DNA of 64,000 nucleotides from Clostridia bacterium (GCA_017452445.1 JAFTMH010000004.1:200385-264384), one strand, 5' to 3'. Positions 8,458-17,542 are shown, numbered from the stretch's first letter. Translations and numbers: made by a program. Notes: generated by a model not told the origin, from the letters alone.

Positions 8458-10148
8458 AAAAGACCTTCAAAATTGCAAATTATGACTTCAAAAGACTTAT
8501 GTTCAACCCAATCACACTGATTGGTATGGTTGTGATTTTTGCAATCACCTTTGTTGCAGGGCTAATTGTTCAACCAAAAAACACACCTGTTTACAGCGCA
8601 ACAACCTATGGTGTTTCTGCCACACAAATCTTCAACGAATTTGCCAATGGTGCTTCAAACAAAGAAGACACAAAACGCAACCTTCTCAAGCACATTGACC
8701 AAGCAGAAGAGTATCTCGAAATTCAAGATGATGTTTATTGTTTGGAATATGACAACCTTGTTGGACTTAGCACAAACCTGCAAAACTTGAAAGTACAAGT
8801 TGACAAATATGCAGCAGGGCTTGGCTACACAATCACAATAAACCAAATCAAATCAACAACAACTTCTCTCAACAACTTTGTTGAAGAATATTCAGCTTTG
8901 CCAGAATTTTCAACAAAATTGATTTTCACAAAAACACAATTCCAAAAACTTCAAACTTACGCTCACATTCTCAGCACAGCAGCAAATTCAAGTTCGGTTT
9001 TGGAAACAGTTTTGGAAAATCTTGACGCCCAATCGGACACTTTTGAAGATTTCACACTTTTGACAACCCAACTCACCCGTTGGACAATAGATGCAAAAAG
9101 CGTTGCATCTTTCAGACAAAACTACATAGCAAAAGCAACAGCAAAAACAAACAAAATCTACGAAGCAATGGAAGAACTTGCATCTTCTGCTTCACACGAA
9201 ACTGACTCTAAAAAAGCAGCACAAAATGTGTCAAAAATGAGAAGTTTGATCACAAACTACAAATTCACTTGCGAAAATGCAAGAAAAGCTGTTGAATCCG
9301 AACTTCACCTTTTGCTCAAAAAACATGCATCAAACTATTCAAAACTTTACAACTACACAAATTTCTATACTGAAGATTTGAAAATGGACCTTGCTTTAAT
9401 CAACTACCATCTCAATCAAGACAACTTGTATTTCAAGCAATATCAAACTCCACTCAACTTCAACCAAGCTTCATACAAAACAACAGCATTTGACTATACA
9501 ACATTTGCGCTTGGCATTGTGGGATTGCTCACTTGTGCTTTTGCAATCTTTGCAGCATACAAATTGTTTGGAAGAGATAGAAAAGCCGGCAAAATGGACC
9601 TTTTGTTTGCACAAAACGCAACATTCTCACAAGTTTTCTGGGGCAAATTTTTGGCAATTTTATATTCAATCTTCTTCTGCTTGAGCTCGTTTGCAGTGGC
9701 AAGTTTGCTTTGGGGAATGATAAGATACGGATTTGTTGCACAACCTATTTTGCTCGTGTTCAACACAACAAAAGCTTACACAATATCACCTATTGTTATG
9801 CTTCTTATCAAGTTGTTCAGCATGGCACTTCAAGCAGTTTTCTGGGCAGTGCTCACAATCTTCTTGATGAACATTTCTAGAAAGTTTGAATTGATGTTTG
9901 GCATTGCAATCGGATTGTTTGTTTTTGCAACACTTGGAAATCACTTCTTAAACACCCAATTGTGGTATTGCTTGCTTCCATTTATTCACACAGACATCAC
10001 CCCATTCTTGGGTGGAGCAACAATGAAAACAGGTTTCCTTGCATCTTCGCTTTACACTCACGGAAACTTCTACATTTCGCTTATCTACTGCATTGTGGTG
10101 ATTGTGTTGTTGTTTGCATTCACAAAACAATTGTTCAAGAAAAACTAA
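8454..10148 (+). CDS. ABC-2-type permease with large extracytoplasmic helical domain (YhgE/Pip-like architecture)
   Basis: 564 aa. One N-terminal TM, about 330 aa of soluble region, then about five C-terminal TM helices. GTG start overlapping the ATPase stop, AAGGAGG upstream. Confidence 0.7.
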   Translation: MKKTFKIANYDFKRLMFNPITLIGMVVIFAITFVAGLIVQPKNTPVYSATTYGVSATQIFNEFANGASNKEDTKRNLLKHIDQAEEYLEIQDDVYCLEYDNLVGLSTNLQNLKVQVDKYAAGLGYTITINQIKSTTTSLNNFVEEYSALPEFSTKLIFTKTQFQKLQTYAHILSTAANSSSVLETVLENLDAQSDTFEDFTLLTTQLTRWTIDAKSVASFRQNYIAKATAKTNKIYEAMEELASSASHETDSKKAAQNVSKMRSLITNYKFTCENARKAVESELHLLLKKHASNYSKLYNYTNFYTEDLKMDLALINYHLNQDNLYFKQYQTPLNFNQASYKTTAFDYTTFALGIVGLLTCAFAIFAAYKLFGRDRKAGKMDLLFAQNATFSQVFWGKFLAILYSIFFCLSSFAVASLLWGMIRYGFVAQPILLVFNTTKAYTISPIVMLLIKLFSMALQAVFWAVLTIFLMNISRKFELMFGIAIGLFVFATLGNHFLNTQLWYCLLPFIHTDITPFLGGATMKTGFLASSLYTHGNFYISLIYCIVVIVLLFAFTKQLFKKN

Positions 10149-10154
10149 TCAAAA

Positions 10155-10195
10155 CAAAAAAAAGATGCTCAAAACGAGCATCTTTTTCTTTTTTG
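10155..10195. terminator. bidirectional terminator between convergent genes
   Basis: Stem AAGATGCTC (10162-10170) pairs with GAGCATCTT (10176-10184). A-run upstream, T-run downstream. Confidence 0.8.
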
Positions 10196-10212
10196 TATTT
10201 TTCGCCCAGCAA

Positions 10213-11103
10213 TCAATTTTTATAATATTTGCTTGGCAAAGTATACTTATAATGTCTGTCCAACAATCTAGCAAGTGCCAATTTTTGCAAGTATTTCAAC
10301 TCTGCATAAGGTTTGTCAAACACCGCTTCCCATTTCAACTTTTCGCCTGTGTTTTTGACAACAATATCAGGTTTGATTTCTGCAAAGATCTCAAAAACAC
10401 TTGACGCAAGATCTTCCAATGCATTTTTATATTCTGTGGCAATCATTTCCAAGTCTTCCCCTGCCTTGCGACTTTTGTTTTTTCTCGAATTCCAAAGCTT
10501 AAACGCCTCATATTTAGGCAAAAGTGCAGGAAATTTGTCAAAGTCAAAAGCATAAACAGGTTTTGCAGGTTTTTCTTCAACGCTTTCAAGTTGTTTTTCT
10601 TCCGGTTGTGCCTGCTCTGCCCTTTTTGCTTCATGTTGCTCTTTAAGTCCACTCAATTCGTAAGAACTCATACCCACAACAAAATATATAATTATTGCAG
10701 CAATCGAAGCCACAACCCCAATGATAGGCACGGCAACAGTGACGGCAAAATGAATGCAATATCTAACCATCAACAAAACAAAAAGTCCACATTCGATAAA
10801 ACAAAGATACATTCTTCTTTTGTAGTATTTAGGCGTTTTTACAACATCTAAAACACTTCTGCCTTCTCTCACCAACCCTGTGTTGTAGTATTCGTCGCCA
10901 AAGAAGTGTCCAATATTCCAATTTATACCCAAACCAAAAGTTGGCAACAACACAAGCCAAAGCAAACTAAGACCTGGGATTTCTTGCGAAATATCAACCC
11001 ACAAAAACACTCCTGCCGCACCAACAATAAACAATATGATGATCACATACAAAGCCCCAATAAGAAAATTTGCAAATTTGTTGGTCATGTGTGTATATTT
11101 CAT
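10213..11103 (-). CDS. hypothetical membrane protein
   Basis: 296 aa. About five N-terminal TM helices plus a charged soluble C-terminal half. AAGGAG SD. Flanked by terminators. Confidence 0.6.
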   Translation of the reverse strand: MKYTHMTNKFANFLIGALYVIIILFIVGAAGVFLWVDISQEIPGLSLLWLVLLPTFGLGINWNIGHFFGDEYYNTGLVREGRSVLDVVKTPKYYKRRMYLCFIECGLFVLLMVRYCIHFAVTVAVPIIGVVASIAAIIIYFVVGMSSYELSGLKEQHEAKRAEQAQPEEKQLESVEEKPAKPVYAFDFDKFPALLPKYEAFKLWNSRKNKSRKAGEDLEMIATEYKNALEDLASSVFEIFAEIKPDIVVKNTGEKLKWEAVFDKPYAELKYLQKLALARLLDRHYKYTLPSKYYKN

Positions 11104-11169
11104 AATATTCTCCTTACTTTTTTAGTATAACATATTAGTTTCAGATTTGTCTAAAATTTGAAAGAAATA

Positions 11170-11200
11170 AAAAAAAGACATGACAAATCTTCATGTCTTT
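11170..11200 (-). terminator. terminator after the metallophosphoesterase gene
   Basis: Stem AGACATGA (11177-11184) pairs with TCATGTCT (11191-11198). The A-run 11163-11176 gives a T-run on the minus strand. Confidence 0.75.
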
Positions 11201-11217
11201 TATATAATCAACGCCTT

Positions 11218-12360
11218 TTATTCTGCATACTCAGGTTCGACAATAGACGAAATCTCCCTTTGCCAAGTGTATGAGCCATCTTTTGCGATTGAAACCACTG
11301 TTCCCCCAATCACATTTGCACTGTCAGATGCTTCATTTCCATAGAAAAATGAAGTTGTCAATGTTTTTGTGCCTTGCACAAGCTTGACGCCCTTGTAATC
11401 ATATACAGAACGATCTCTATGCAAATGCCCTACAAACATAGCCTTTGTGCTACCCAAAGCAACTGCTGTTTCAATCAATTTTGATCTTCTTCCAGGATAA
11501 AGTCTTGAATCTTTTCCAGAAAGATCATCTGTTTCGGTTGCAATTTCACCATTTGCGTTTTCTACATTCAATCCAATCTCATCAAGAAGTTGCAGTCTTT
11601 CTTCATAAAATTCGTATTGAGGAATGTGGTAGAACAAAATTGAAGAAACCACTTTGCCTGTTGTTGGATCATATTCTCCATATTGATATTTGCTTACACC
11701 TTTAATATTCCACTCATACCAAGCAACTTGATTGTCTCTGATATGATCATAATTTCCAACAGTATCTTTATATTTTCGGTTTGCGTTTGAATCTAAAATT
11801 CCTACACTAAACACTACATCTTTTCCGTTTTTAATGTTGACAAAATGATTGCTGTTTCCATAAATTGCAGCTGGACCATTGTCAAAGAGACAATATTTCG
11901 CACTCTTAAAAGCTTCGATATAATCAACAGCTTTTGCATTTCCTTCAAAATCATGATTGCCAAATGTGTATGTCCAAGGGATTTCAAATGAATCCATAAG
12001 TTTTACATATTCTTTAAGCACAGCCTTTGTGTTGCTGTATTTACGACCTCTTCCAGCCCAAATACCATCTCCTGTGATGACAATAAGATGTGGATTTGAG
12101 TTGTCAATCAATTCTTGCACTGATCTTTTCATATAATCAAGTTGATCAACACTTTTGATATGCGTGTCAGTCAACTGCAAAATTCTAAACTCATCTTCCC
12201 CTTCTGAAAATTCAAGTGAAGCCACTTTGTTGATGTTGTATTTGTCGTATTTATCCCAACCTGCAAACACAAAAACTCCCAACACAGCAGAAATTGCAAC
12301 AACAACCACCGTAAAAACTGCAACAAGAAAATATGTCGCTTTTGCACTAAGACCAAACAT
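11218..12360 (-). CDS. membrane-anchored metallophosphoesterase (calcineurin-like)
   Basis: N-terminal TM. Motifs LQLTDTHI, ITGDGIW, GNHD, GHLH. ATG 12360, promoter 12393-12420, terminator 11170-11200. Confidence 0.85.
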   Translation of the reverse strand: MFGLSAKATYFLVAVFTVVVVAISAVLGVFVFAGWDKYDKYNINKVASLEFSEGEDEFRILQLTDTHIKSVDQLDYMKRSVQELIDNSNPHLIVITGDGIWAGRGRKYSNTKAVLKEYVKLMDSFEIPWTYTFGNHDFEGNAKAVDYIEAFKSAKYCLFDNGPAAIYGNSNHFVNIKNGKDVVFSVGILDSNANRKYKDTVGNYDHIRDNQVAWYEWNIKGVSKYQYGEYDPTTGKVVSSILFYHIPQYEFYEERLQLLDEIGLNVENANGEIATETDDLSGKDSRLYPGRRSKLIETAVALGSTKAMFVGHLHRDRSVYDYKGVKLVQGTKTLTTSFFYGNEASDSANVIGGTVVSIAKDGSYTWQREISSIVEPEYAE

Positions 12361-12392
12361 AAGCTTTTTGTCCTTTTGTTAAACTTATTTAG

Positions 12393-12420
12393 ATTATAAC
12401 ACAAAGACAAAACAACGCAA
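12393..12420 (-). promoter_or_regulatory. extended -10 promoter for the metallophosphoesterase gene
   Basis: Minus strand: TTGCGT (12420-12415), 16-nt spacer, TGT-TATAAT (-10 at 12398-12393). Confidence 0.55.
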
Positions 12421-12598
12421 AATATTTAACAACAATTAATTTTGTTTTAATTTAAAGAAAATTAAATTAAATAATATTTTTTATTTATTTTAATTATTTT
12501 ATTCCAATTTATTTGTTATTACAAATTGCCACACAGCCCTAAAATAGGGACAAATAATTATTTTTATTTATTTTTTATATTTTTTTGTTTATTTTATA
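12421..12598. other. extremely AT-rich ~180-bp intergenic tract
   Basis: Almost only A/T, with recurring TTTATTTATTTT strings. Interrupted by one GC island (GCCACACAGCCCTAAAATAGGGAC) containing a CCCTA/TAGGG mini-hairpin. Confidence 0.6.
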
Positions 12599-12829
12599 TT
12601 AAATAAATTTATTTCCAAATGGTTTTATTCTGCAAGCCGAAATTTGCACATTAAAAATATAATTATTTCCGTCTTTTTTATATCTTACTGCCACATCTTT
12701 GTCCATCAAAAAGAAGTTTCGTGCAAGTGGCGTCACTTCTTCTTTCAACATCTCTGCAATTTGATCTATGTTGGCAAATTTATCTTGCATCAAAATCTGA
12801 TTCAATCTTTCCATAACGCTCCTAAACAT
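12599..12829 (-). CDS. minE: cell division topological specificity factor MinE-like (N-terminally short)
   Basis: Sits directly after minD (ATGTTTAG overlap). ERLNQILMQDK...LKEEVTPLARNFFLMDKDVAVRYKK aligns by eye with clostridial MinE (DRLKLILIHDR...VEVRL). An alternative start at ATG 12814 is preceded by AGGAG. Confidence 0.6.
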   Translation of the reverse strand: MFRSVMERLNQILMQDKFANIDQIAEMLKEEVTPLARNFFLMDKDVAVRYKKDGNNYIFNVQISACRIKPFGNKFI

Positions 12830-13613
12830 ACCTTTTGATGTTTCGCTTCAAATATCCCATCAAGCCCCGATATTTGCAAGTGCAATCATAAATCTTTTTG
12901 CATCCATTATGTATGTTTTCTGACAACAATGTGAATGCTCTTGCACTTTCGCCATCAAGCATAATTCTGCCTTGACTTGACATTTTTGAAACACAATCAT
13001 CTTCTGGCACCACCCCCAAAAGTGGTATACCAATCGTCTTTGCAATTGTTTCGACATTTATCATCTCACCAGAAAGCAACAAATCTCCTCTCATACGGTT
13101 TACGACAAGACCTTTGCTTTCTATGTCAAACTCTTCAAGCAAACCCACAACCTTGTCTGCATCTCTTATGCTTGACAAATGTGGTGTTGCAACAACAATT
13201 GCCTCATCTGCCGGAAAAACTGCCCTTTGAAAACCTGCTTCCACGCCAGCCGGACAGTCAATCAGCACATAATCAAACGAATGGTCAACAATTTCTATCA
13301 CATTTTTGATATGCTCGCCACTTATGTTGCTTGCAGAATAACTATGCGAAGATGGCAACAAATACAAAGATGGAAAGTCCTTTGATTGCACAAGTGCCTG
13401 TCTCACCCTACATTTGCCGGAAACAACATCAGTTATGTCGAAAATAACCTGTCTTTCCATGCCCATAATCACATCTAAGTTGTTTAGACCAATGTCAACA
13501 TCAATCAACAACACTCTAAATCCCAATCTAGACAAATAAACGCCTAAATTGGCGCAGATTGTTGTTTTTCCAACTCCACCCTTGCCACTTGTAACAACAA
13601 TTTTTCGAGCCAT
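12822..13613 (-). CDS. minD: septum site-determining ATPase MinD
   Basis: Deviant Walker A SGKGGVGKTT, MinD-type DIGLNNLD, C-terminal amphipathic GLMGYLKRNIKRYV. Track start 13619 is GTG; ATG 13613 is preceded by AGAGGTG. Confidence 0.92.
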   Translation of the reverse strand: MARKIVVTSGKGGVGKTTICANLGVYLSRLGFRVLLIDVDIGLNNLDVIMGMERQVIFDITDVVSGKCRVRQALVQSKDFPSLYLLPSSHSYSASNISGEHIKNVIEIVDHSFDYVLIDCPAGVEAGFQRAVFPADEAIVVATPHLSSIRDADKVVGLLEEFDIESKGLVVNRMRGDLLLSGEMINVETIAKTIGIPLLGVVPEDDCVSKMSSQGRIMLDGESARAFTLLSENIHNGCKKIYDCTCKYRGLMGYLKRNIKRYV

Positions 13614-13631
13614 ATTCACCTCTACAGCACA

Positions 13632-13659
13632 ATTTTAGGTGGTTTTTGTTTGTTTTCAA
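13632..13659 (-). promoter_or_regulatory. promoter for minDE
   Basis: Minus strand: TTGAAA (13659-13654), 16-nt spacer, TAAAAT (13637-13632). Lies 18 nt upstream of the minD ATG and downstream of terminator 13703-13731. Confidence 0.5.
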
Positions 13660-13702
13660 AGGGCAAAATTGTCAAAAAACCAAAAAGTTTGTCTTTTTTG
13701 AA

Positions 13703-13731
13703 CGAAAAAAAACTCGCACAAGGCGAGTTTT
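13703..13731 (-). terminator. terminator after the mreB-like gene, separating it from minDE
   Basis: Stem AACTCGC (13711-13717) pairs with GCGAGTT (13723-13729). The A-run 13704-13710 gives a T-run on the minus strand. Confidence 0.75.
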
Positions 13732-13738
13732 TGTTTTT

Positions 13739-14740
13739 TTATAAATTTTTGATAATATTTGCAAGCAATTGAGCATCTGCAAGCAATTTTCCTGCACCCA
13801 AAATAGTTGTGTTGTCGACATCTTCGCAAAGTTCGATAGGGTAGTTGAGATTTTGCTTGAGATAATTTTCAAGCCCTTGGATTTTTGCACAGCCACCCAC
13901 AATCAAAATCTTGCTGTTGATGATATCTGCCACAATTTCTGGTGGCAAAGCGTTGATTGTCGTGTCAATTGTGCGCACTATTTCTCTGTAGAAAGGTTCG
14001 ATTGCACTTCTAAGGTCACTTGACAACATCACTGCTGTTTTTGGAGATTTGGTTCTCACATCAACACCAGTAATTTCCATGTTTAAAGTGTCGTTTGTAT
14101 ACAAACTGCCAACTTCGTTTTTCAAAAGTTCGGCTGTAGGAAGCCCCACAATCAACTCTTGTGTATAAGCCAAAAAGTCGCAAATAGAAGCATCAATTCT
14201 CTTTCCACCAATGCCCAAAGTTGCACCTTTAAGAATGTTTGACATGTTGATAACGGCAACATCTGTTGTTGTGCCACCTATATCTACCACCATGTTCACT
14301 TTTGAAGTGTCAACACTTCTTCCTGCCCCTATGCACGAGCAAAGCACGCTTGGCACAAGTTCTACCCTGCCAAGGTTTGCACCTTCGCACACATTCAAGA
14401 TGTTTGTCTTTTCTTTTGCAGAAAGTCCACAAGGCACAACAAAAATTGCGCTGTCATCATAAGGTTTAAATCCAACTTTGCTCAAAAAATGTTTAAGCAA
14501 AATCACAGAATATTCATAGTTTGAATGGTCTCCACTTGCTGAAGGTGTAAAAATTTCGACATTGTCTTTGGTTTTTCCAACCAATTTTTTTGCATCAATG
14601 CCCATTGCCACAACTTTATATCCTTCTTCAGTAGGTTCAGCCGCAATCAAAGTTGGTTCTTTAAGCGCCAAACCTTCGCCTTTGACATAGATGCAAGTAT
14701 AAGCACCACCCATTTCAATAGCATACTTAAATTTTCCCAT
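13739..14740 (-). CDS. MreB-family actin-like protein (divergent)
   Basis: Motifs EMGGAYT (for DLGTANT), VDIGGTTTDVAVI, GIGGKRID, IVGGCAKIQGL. About 333 aa. ATG 14740 with GAGG SD (track start 14746 is GTG). Confidence 0.8.
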   Translation of the reverse strand: MGKFKYAIEMGGAYTCIYVKGEGLALKEPTLIAAEPTEEGYKVVAMGIDAKKLVGKTKDNVEIFTPSASGDHSNYEYSVILLKHFLSKVGFKPYDDSAIFVVPCGLSAKEKTNILNVCEGANLGRVELVPSVLCSCIGAGRSVDTSKVNMVVDIGGTTTDVAVINMSNILKGATLGIGGKRIDASICDFLAYTQELIVGLPTAELLKNEVGSLYTNDTLNMEITGVDVRTKSPKTAVMLSSDLRSAIEPFYREIVRTIDTTINALPPEIVADIINSKILIVGGCAKIQGLENYLKQNLNYPIELCEDVDNTTILGAGKLLADAQLLANIIKNL

Positions 14741-14749
14741 ACTCACCTC

Positions 14750-15955
14750 TTAAACCGTAATTGTCACACTTCTTGGCTCAGATGCCAAGTTTGTCAAAAA
14801 TTCGTAATATACAGTCAAAACATCACCTTTTTCCATTTGATACAAAATCCAAATCAATTCGATTTTTCCTTGCAATGCATAAGTTTCGTCTTGATATTTA
14901 ATTTTTGTCACAACACAATCTTTTTCGATTGTTTTTCCACCATAAACCAAGTCTTTAAGCAAATACACCCCACCCAAATCGGTTGAAGAATAATATTCTA
15001 TGCTTGAAGAATAGTTGTTCCACTCACCATTGAAATAAAATTGAGTGTCGCCATAAGACATGTGGTAAACAAGTTCGGTTTGGTCAACACCAACAACAGC
15101 ATCTACAAGAGAATTGCTGTATGTTTGTCCTTTTTTGTGTTGAGCAACAACATTGTCAACAAACAAGCAAGCACCTTCTGTTGACATAACATAATATTGA
15201 TCACTGTCCAAAGAGTCGTCACTCATCACAGGTTGGAAGCAGAAGCCAAGAATTTCGCCCTTCTTGTTGAAAATAGCACCATTTGGAAAGTTTGTTATGC
15301 CAACCCCAAGATCAAGGCTGATCAAAAAGCCATCTTCAAGCACAAATTCTGCAACATCTACACCATCAACTGATGCAGGAATGCAATTTATGTCGCTTAT
15401 AGAAGAAATCTCACCTTGAAATGGCGATCTTTTGTGATTTGAAGAAGAAATTGCAACAATTTCATCTCCTTCAGCATGATTTGAAATCCCACCAATTTTT
15501 GCATAAGCCATTTTGACTGCTTTTTCGGTGTTTCCAACATGTTGGCATTTGAGAATTGCCAAATTGAGTGTTTGATCAGCAAAAACAATTTCTCCTGAAT
15601 AAACAACACCATAGTTTGTCAAAACTTTGAAGCCGTTTTCTGTTTGATTTTGCTTCAATTCGTTGAATGGTGCCACAACAAAGCCGTCTTTTCTTATTGT
15701 TACACCCAAAACTGTCTTATCTTCTGTTTCAAAATCTTCATTTTCTACTGAAAAGTTGATTTCTACAACAGCGTCTTTATACATTTCTTCCATTTGACTT
15801 TGTGTTGTAAATGGCCAAAATGTCAATTTGTTTGAAATGCTGTATGGAGAAATATAATGAAAATAAATCACAACAAAAAAGTAACACATAACAACTGTGA
15901 GCAGCGCAAAAACAATATACCAAAGAAGCTTTGAGTTACCTTTTTTTTCTCCCAT
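14750..15955 (-). CDS. membrane-anchored HtrA/DegP-like (S1C + PDZ-like) protein with substituted catalytic triad
   Basis: N-terminal TM. By-eye alignment to HtrA blocks: VLGVTIRKDGFVVAPFNEL, DQTLNLAILK, NFPNGAIFNKKGEILGF. The His, Asp and Ser positions are all replaced. Function unknown. Confidence 0.6.
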   Translation of the reverse strand: MGEKKGNSKLLWYIVFALLTVVMCYFFVVIYFHYISPYSISNKLTFWPFTTQSQMEEMYKDAVVEINFSVENEDFETEDKTVLGVTIRKDGFVVAPFNELKQNQTENGFKVLTNYGVVYSGEIVFADQTLNLAILKCQHVGNTEKAVKMAYAKIGGISNHAEGDEIVAISSSNHKRSPFQGEISSISDINCIPASVDGVDVAEFVLEDGFLISLDLGVGITNFPNGAIFNKKGEILGFCFQPVMSDDSLDSDQYYVMSTEGACLFVDNVVAQHKKGQTYSNSLVDAVVGVDQTELVYHMSYGDTQFYFNGEWNNYSSSIEYYSSTDLGGVYLLKDLVYGGKTIEKDCVVTKIKYQDETYALQGKIELIWILYQMEKGDVLTVYYEFLTNLASEPRSVTITV

Positions 15956-15971
15956 AAATTACCTATAAAAA

Positions 15972-17453
15972 TTAAATTATTTGCAAACTTTTCTTAAAGA
16001 TTTTTTTGAAATCGTCAGAAATCTTCATACTTTGCATAATTTCAAACGATGGATCAGCAGAAACAACTGTTTTCATGATGATAGAATCGCCCAAAATGTC
16101 GCAAACGATGTCGCTGATGATGTTTTTTCTTGAAGCGTTGAGATTTACTGACAAATTTACAAGCACGCCAAGCTTTCTGATTGCATCAACATCATCTTCG
16201 GACAAAATGTCTTTATATTTCATAATCTCTGGGAGATTGAAATTGTCAAGATTTTGGCAAGTGCACGCAAAAGCAGCAATCAAAATGTCTTTTTGACTGG
16301 CACCTGCAATATTTGAGTTCAAAATCGCATAGAAAGCGTGTTTTGAGTGATTTGCAAAGTTGATAAACTTGCCACAATCAAACATGTATGCAGCAATTTT
16401 GAGTGGTTTTACATACACTCTTGGCAACTTGTGAACAACTTTGAGTTGTTTGAAGAGCAAAACTGCCATATCATACACTTGACTGTTGATTGCAAGGCCT
16501 TCTTTCTTGAATTCGTAATAAGCATCAAGACTGTTTTGCAAAAGGTCGGAATATTTTTCTGAAGCATTTCCATTGAGATTTGCAAGCACAACACCTTCCA
16601 AAGCGTTTGCTGAAGAGATGTTGATTGTGCCAATCTTCAAACTATCAAAGATTGCACTGATGATTGCAAGGCCGCCTGACAAACTTTCTGCACCTTCAGG
16701 GCCAAGACCTTTGATTTTTTTAACCTTTTGAGAATCAATGTCTTTTGCAAATTCTGCCACTTTCATAACAGCACTGTCTGAAAGTTCGTAATTGTTGTCA
16801 ATGTCGATTGGATATCTTGTCAACTTTTTCGCAATGCGAGCAATGTCAACAAAACTTGCACCACAACCAATAACAACATCGTCTTCGTAAGATTTTACGA
16901 GAGAGCACTTTTTAAGTTCTTTTTTCACTGTGGCAACCATATCCAAAGTTGACATTCCAGAAGCAGTCAAGTTGCTGTATCCATAAGGGATTGTGTTGTA
17001 TTCAACAACATTTCTTCTGTTAAACTTCAAAATATAAGTCGCATAAGAGCCAATATTTACGATATAGCCCTTTGAAGCATCAATGTTTGTCATGCAAGAC
17101 AAATAAACATTTTTGACAATGTCATCATCACTTGCCAAAACAAAGTTCATGCCTGTGTTTGTATAAATTTCGTCAAGAAAACCACGATAGTTTCTTGCCT
17201 TTACGATAATGCTTGAACATACTGCTATCATCTTTCCAACATTAAAAGTTTCGATTGTGTAGCGATAAATATTTAAAATCTTGAGCAAATCAGCTTTTGA
17301 TTTTGGGCTCAACAAACAATCTTTAACAATGTCGTCAGTCAAATCATAATAGTTTTCGACTTCTTCCAAAATTCTGTATCTTCCGTTTCTGTTTTGGGTA
17401 ATGATCAACTTAACTTTTCTTTCATCAAGTTGGATATAAGCAATATTTTCCAT
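15972..17453 (-). CDS. Ppx/GppA-family (ASKHA fold) protein with degenerate phosphate-binding motifs
   Basis: 493 aa. Family pattern AVCSSIIVKARNYRGFLDEIYTNTGMNFVLASDDD. N-terminal motifs read QLDERK and NIGSYATY instead of DIGSNS and DIGGGS-E. HD-like C-terminal half. AAGGAG SD. Confidence 0.7.
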   Translation of the reverse strand: MENIAYIQLDERKVKLIITQNRNGRYRILEEVENYYDLTDDIVKDCLLSPKSKADLLKILNIYRYTIETFNVGKMIAVCSSIIVKARNYRGFLDEIYTNTGMNFVLASDDDIVKNVYLSCMTNIDASKGYIVNIGSYATYILKFNRRNVVEYNTIPYGYSNLTASGMSTLDMVATVKKELKKCSLVKSYEDDVVIGCGASFVDIARIAKKLTRYPIDIDNNYELSDSAVMKVAEFAKDIDSQKVKKIKGLGPEGAESLSGGLAIISAIFDSLKIGTINISSANALEGVVLANLNGNASEKYSDLLQNSLDAYYEFKKEGLAINSQVYDMAVLLFKQLKVVHKLPRVYVKPLKIAAYMFDCGKFINFANHSKHAFYAILNSNIAGASQKDILIAAFACTCQNLDNFNLPEIMKYKDILSEDDVDAIRKLGVLVNLSVNLNASRKNIISDIVCDILGDSIIMKTVVSADPSFEIMQSMKISDDFKKIFKKSLQII

Positions 17454-17504
17454 AAAAATCTCCTTTAAATATGCAGTTTTGAAATGTGTTTATCAAACAA
17501 AATA

Positions 17505-17536
17505 TGAGCTTTGGTTGTCAAAGCTCTTTTTTTTGA
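17505..17536 (-). terminator. hairpin downstream of the ferredoxin gene (possible terminator)
   Basis: Stem GAGCTTTG (17507-17514) pairs with CAAAGCTC (17520-17527). The strong T-run is on the plus-strand side; the minus-strand side is only moderately U-rich. Confidence 0.5.
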
Positions 17537-17542
17537 TTGAAA

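Noticed and set aside
12361-12598. The AT-rich spacer as a replication origin or a dif site.
   Set aside because: No DnaA-box cluster, no dnaA/dnaN context, and no sequence resembling the Firmicute dif consensus.
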